From: Macrostomum lignano
Taxonomy: Eukaryota
Direction of reading: 5' to 3'
Length of the DNA stretch: 49,209 nucleotides
Assembly (NCBI GenBank): GCA_002269645.1
Contig: NIVC01002877.1
Span: forward strand, 83,292 to 132,500
The position numbers and the translations under genes are program-made. The notes beneath the pieces are model-generated. The model searched no databases. It saw only the letters and a program-made list of their open reading frames with translations, and was not told the origin of the DNA. Each line of letters begins with the position of its first letter. Within the stretch, counting starts at the first letter, position 1. This document shows, in pieces, positions 46,001 through 49,209 of this stretch.

Positions 46001-49000
46001 ACTCACACAAAGCTGTCGAACCAAAAACGCTGTGGAGGGATTGATAATCCCGGCCTATGGAGCTCTTTGAGAGTCATCTTCCCTTTTTGATGGGGGAAGA
46101 CCACACAAGTTTTTTTCGGTCCAGGGTGCAGCGTCAACAACAGCCGCCCCTTCGTGTGTCAGGCGCTTTTTTGGATGCACAGAGCGGGCGGCCATTGTTA
46201 ATTGGATCTGCGGTGCTCAAGTTTCATCATTAGAGTTGGGGAACTCAATTGGACTCGACGAACAAGATATCCCAATGCCAGCTCCCGCAACCACCTTGAC
46301 ACTGCCGAAGTTGGCCGGCGCCTACATAGATTGTTATATACCTCGATTGCTCGACAGGTATGAATGATACTGGGACAGTTTTGGGATGGAGAAGGAAGCC
46401 ATTAAAAGGCAGTTCTCCCGAATTGCGAGCAGCGACGATAATGGGGGGAGGGAGGGAGGGAAGGAGGGAGTCACACGCTGCGGGACCCGCAACGACGGGG
46501 CTGAGGGAGGAAGGCCTGGCTTATTCTGCTGCATCTTCTGTGCCGAAAGCAGCTCGTGGGAACTGCAGCAGCATAGAGTTTCTTTGTTCTTTACACCCAC
46601 TTCCACCTTTTCCATCGCTCCCTCCTCCATCTGTTTCTCTACTCCCACTTCCCCCTCGAGCGCCCCCCAACCCCTTGCGATTCGAGGCAGAATGCAGCAG
46701 AGTGGGTACAGGGAGGGAATGCGCCTACCAGAGCTCTTCCGCCTGCTCACCGCGTCTCAAACGCTCTTATTTCTTAGACTTCCCCCCCCCCCCTATTCTT
46801 TCCTAACAACGCGCGAGAATGCGAGCCGCTCCTCGGTATTCAGCAGTTAGATCTGCAGACTCCACGCTTTGTTCCATCCTTCCCAAAAATTTTTTATAGG
46901 ACAACCGCCTCATCCTCCGCGAGGATCTGCGGGCGGTTCTATTATCCTGCCACAGCTAATCTAAACACAAAAACCCGATCTCGCGGCCTGAAGTTTGTCT
47001 GCTACATACCAGCAGGTGCGAGACGCGCTGTATAGATCTTCGCGAAGTTAACAAGCAGGCGCATATAGGGAGGCAGGCAGGCAGTGAAGCGAACGAGCTC
47101 CGCACGAGAGAGAGGCATTGAGGAGCGGAGCAATGATCCCAATTTATGGCGATCCAGACGCGCTCGAGCTATGCGGGGGGACTGAGTCGGGTGGCGGAAC
47201 TCGTCTTGCCGTTGAGGAGAATTCAGGAGAGGCTTTTATTATTATGTTCCTCCATCTTCTAGAGCATCATCTCCCCCCATGCTCACCGCCGCACTGTTAA
47301 AGACATGTTTAATGCTGCGGGCCCCCGACAATGGTCCGGCCGGGGCTCAAATAAAACCGCAGCTGCAGAGCCTGACAGCGTCGCTGCAGAACTACGCTCG
47401 CCCCTGGCCACTCGCATCATCTCAAAGGCTATAGCGCAATTCATTGCTTCGCAGTCCATTGAGCCTCCATCAGCGGCTTGTATTGAAACTCGTATTCTGC
47501 GCTGCAAACCAACTAGCCAAATCCCACCCCGTCAATAAATTCTCCCCTCACCCCCAGGTAGCCGCAACTTTTAAACTCCTCGTCCAGCAGCAGCAACAAC
47601 AGCAGCAGAAGCAGCAGCAAAGTTGCAAAGCTTTTTTTGGAGGCCCTCCCGCCAGTAGTTCGCCTCTCTCTGCAGCCCCCCAACCCCGCGGCTCCGGCGT
47701 TTGGACATTTTTCCAAAGGCTTTTCACAGCAATGCACGAGAGAGAGAGGGTTTCAGCTGGTTGAGGGTCGAGTCGGGCCCAGCAGGGGAGCATTCCAAAT
47801 TTCCCCCAGTCCAAACCTCCCGCCTCCTGTTGCAGACACAGTTTTTGGGAAAGAGAGGCAGAGGCGGCAAGCGCAAGCTGTATCTGCCTGCCGCAACAAC
47901 AACACAATACGAGGCGGACGAACCCCCCCCCCTCTATTCAGCCATGCTTCAACTTTAGTCCCTCTCAACTTCTCTCTTCTCTACTGGGTCCGCGGGGCCA
48001 CTCGCGAACTCCGGTCCGGGGCCGCATGAATAATTGAGCAGTAATTCTATTTCTCCCTAATTATCTCTACCTGTAGGTCTGCTGCCATCACACAATGCCC
48101 TGGGCCGCGGGGAACAATGGCAGGGGGGCCGACTCTTCTAACCCGCAAGTCCCCATTCCACTCCGGAGAGCCTCATCATCGCGCCCGAGTCCGCGCGCGA
48201 GCCTCTTTTACCCTGGGATCCGAGCTTTACGAGCCCCTCTCCTGCCTCAGCGCTTCCCACTCTTCAACTCATTCATTCCCCTCCCTCATCTCTCGTGTCT
48301 CCAACCCCCCCCCCCCCCCAAAGTTTTACGGGCCTGCAGCGCAGCACGGGAGTTTTAACTCCGCGCCGGACTCTGCAGCCCTCATCATACGGGGAATCGG
48401 CGCGGCGGCAGCAGGCAGCTTCCACCTCCACCTCCGCCTCCGCCCGCGCGGGGGTCGCGCGCCGTCACTTCATCATCCCGGGAGAGCGGCGGCAGCCATC
48501 GGACCCGCACGCCATTGTATGCCGGAATGCCGCATCCAAAGCGGAGGGGGGGAAGGGGACGCACGGCCGACCAGGTGGGAAGCGAGGCCCGGCATTCCGG
48601 CAGCAGGTTTTTTCAAACTTCTTTTATCCCAAGCTGCTTGCCTAAACCACCAAAACTCATCACTCGCAGGCTCAAACGCCCCCCCCACCACCAGACACTC
48701 TTGAACCCGCGCGGCCAGCTTCTTAGACAGAGACAGAGAGCGGGAAGAATCGCTCGGGCTCGAGAAAGCCGACCACCCACCGCTTTGCCGGCCTTCGCGG
48801 CCAAGCCCAGCATCCATTGTCAGCCTCATCCAACTGCTCACCGTCACGCAACGCTGCATAGCTCATATACCATCGCTCTCGCTAGCAGCTGTTTAGCCAG
48901 TCAGTCTATTATGCCCAGACGAAACCAACTCGAGAGTGAGACGGAGGCAGCTCAAGCAAAACGCGTCAGAAACAAAAAAGCCGCAATATGCGAAATAACC

Positions 49001-49209
49001 AACTCTCCCGCCCAACCCGCAGAAAATGCCCCCGCATTCATCCCCATCCTCTTTCGCCCCCTGAAAACAATTGAATTCATAGCCAGCCGCGCCAGGACAC
49101 AAACTCCAGAGCCGGCACACGCGAGACCCAGGGCCAACTCAAACTGAATGCTTGAATTGCGGCAACAAGTTTGCATGTAGCAAGTGGACCGCCCGTGCTC
49201 CACTTGTTG

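Noticed and set aside
47118-47300. BED-finger-like MFLHLLEHH as the missing ZBED N-terminus
   Set aside because: Wrong strand, and no properly spaced CxxC upstream.

Overview
Eukaryotic, intron-containing DNA. GC-rich exons, AT-rich spacers and a private minisatellite in most introns suggest a flatworm such as Macrostomum (inference only). Six genes can be assembled with GT..AG junctions and consistent phases. On the minus strand: ANKRD50 (7 exons, one apparent 1-bp frameshift), a D-aspartate/D-amino-acid oxidase with a peroxisomal AKL tail, a divergent G-alpha-12/13-like subunit whose catalytic Gln is His and whose P-loop is altered, and GNL3/nucleostemin. DESI1 (plus strand) lies head-to-head with GNL3 and has a long C-terminal extension. 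The sixth gene (minus) is an intron-containing hAT-transposase-derived, ZBED-like gene with all three DDE positions substituted. Non-coding content includes two tRNA-derived SINEs (one with an 18-bp TSD), SINE fragments, a mariner-type MITE, a hAT-type MITE, a 101-nt palindrome and about 19 tandem arrays. The most unexpected signal is two gap-free, degenerate copies of the 28S rRNA R2/I-PpoI target region (5255-5317 and 36903-36965), which share substitutions in the cleavage core. The last 6 kb and 40490-41560 are compositionally atypical and unexplained. Homology calls come from recalled family motifs; no searches were run.
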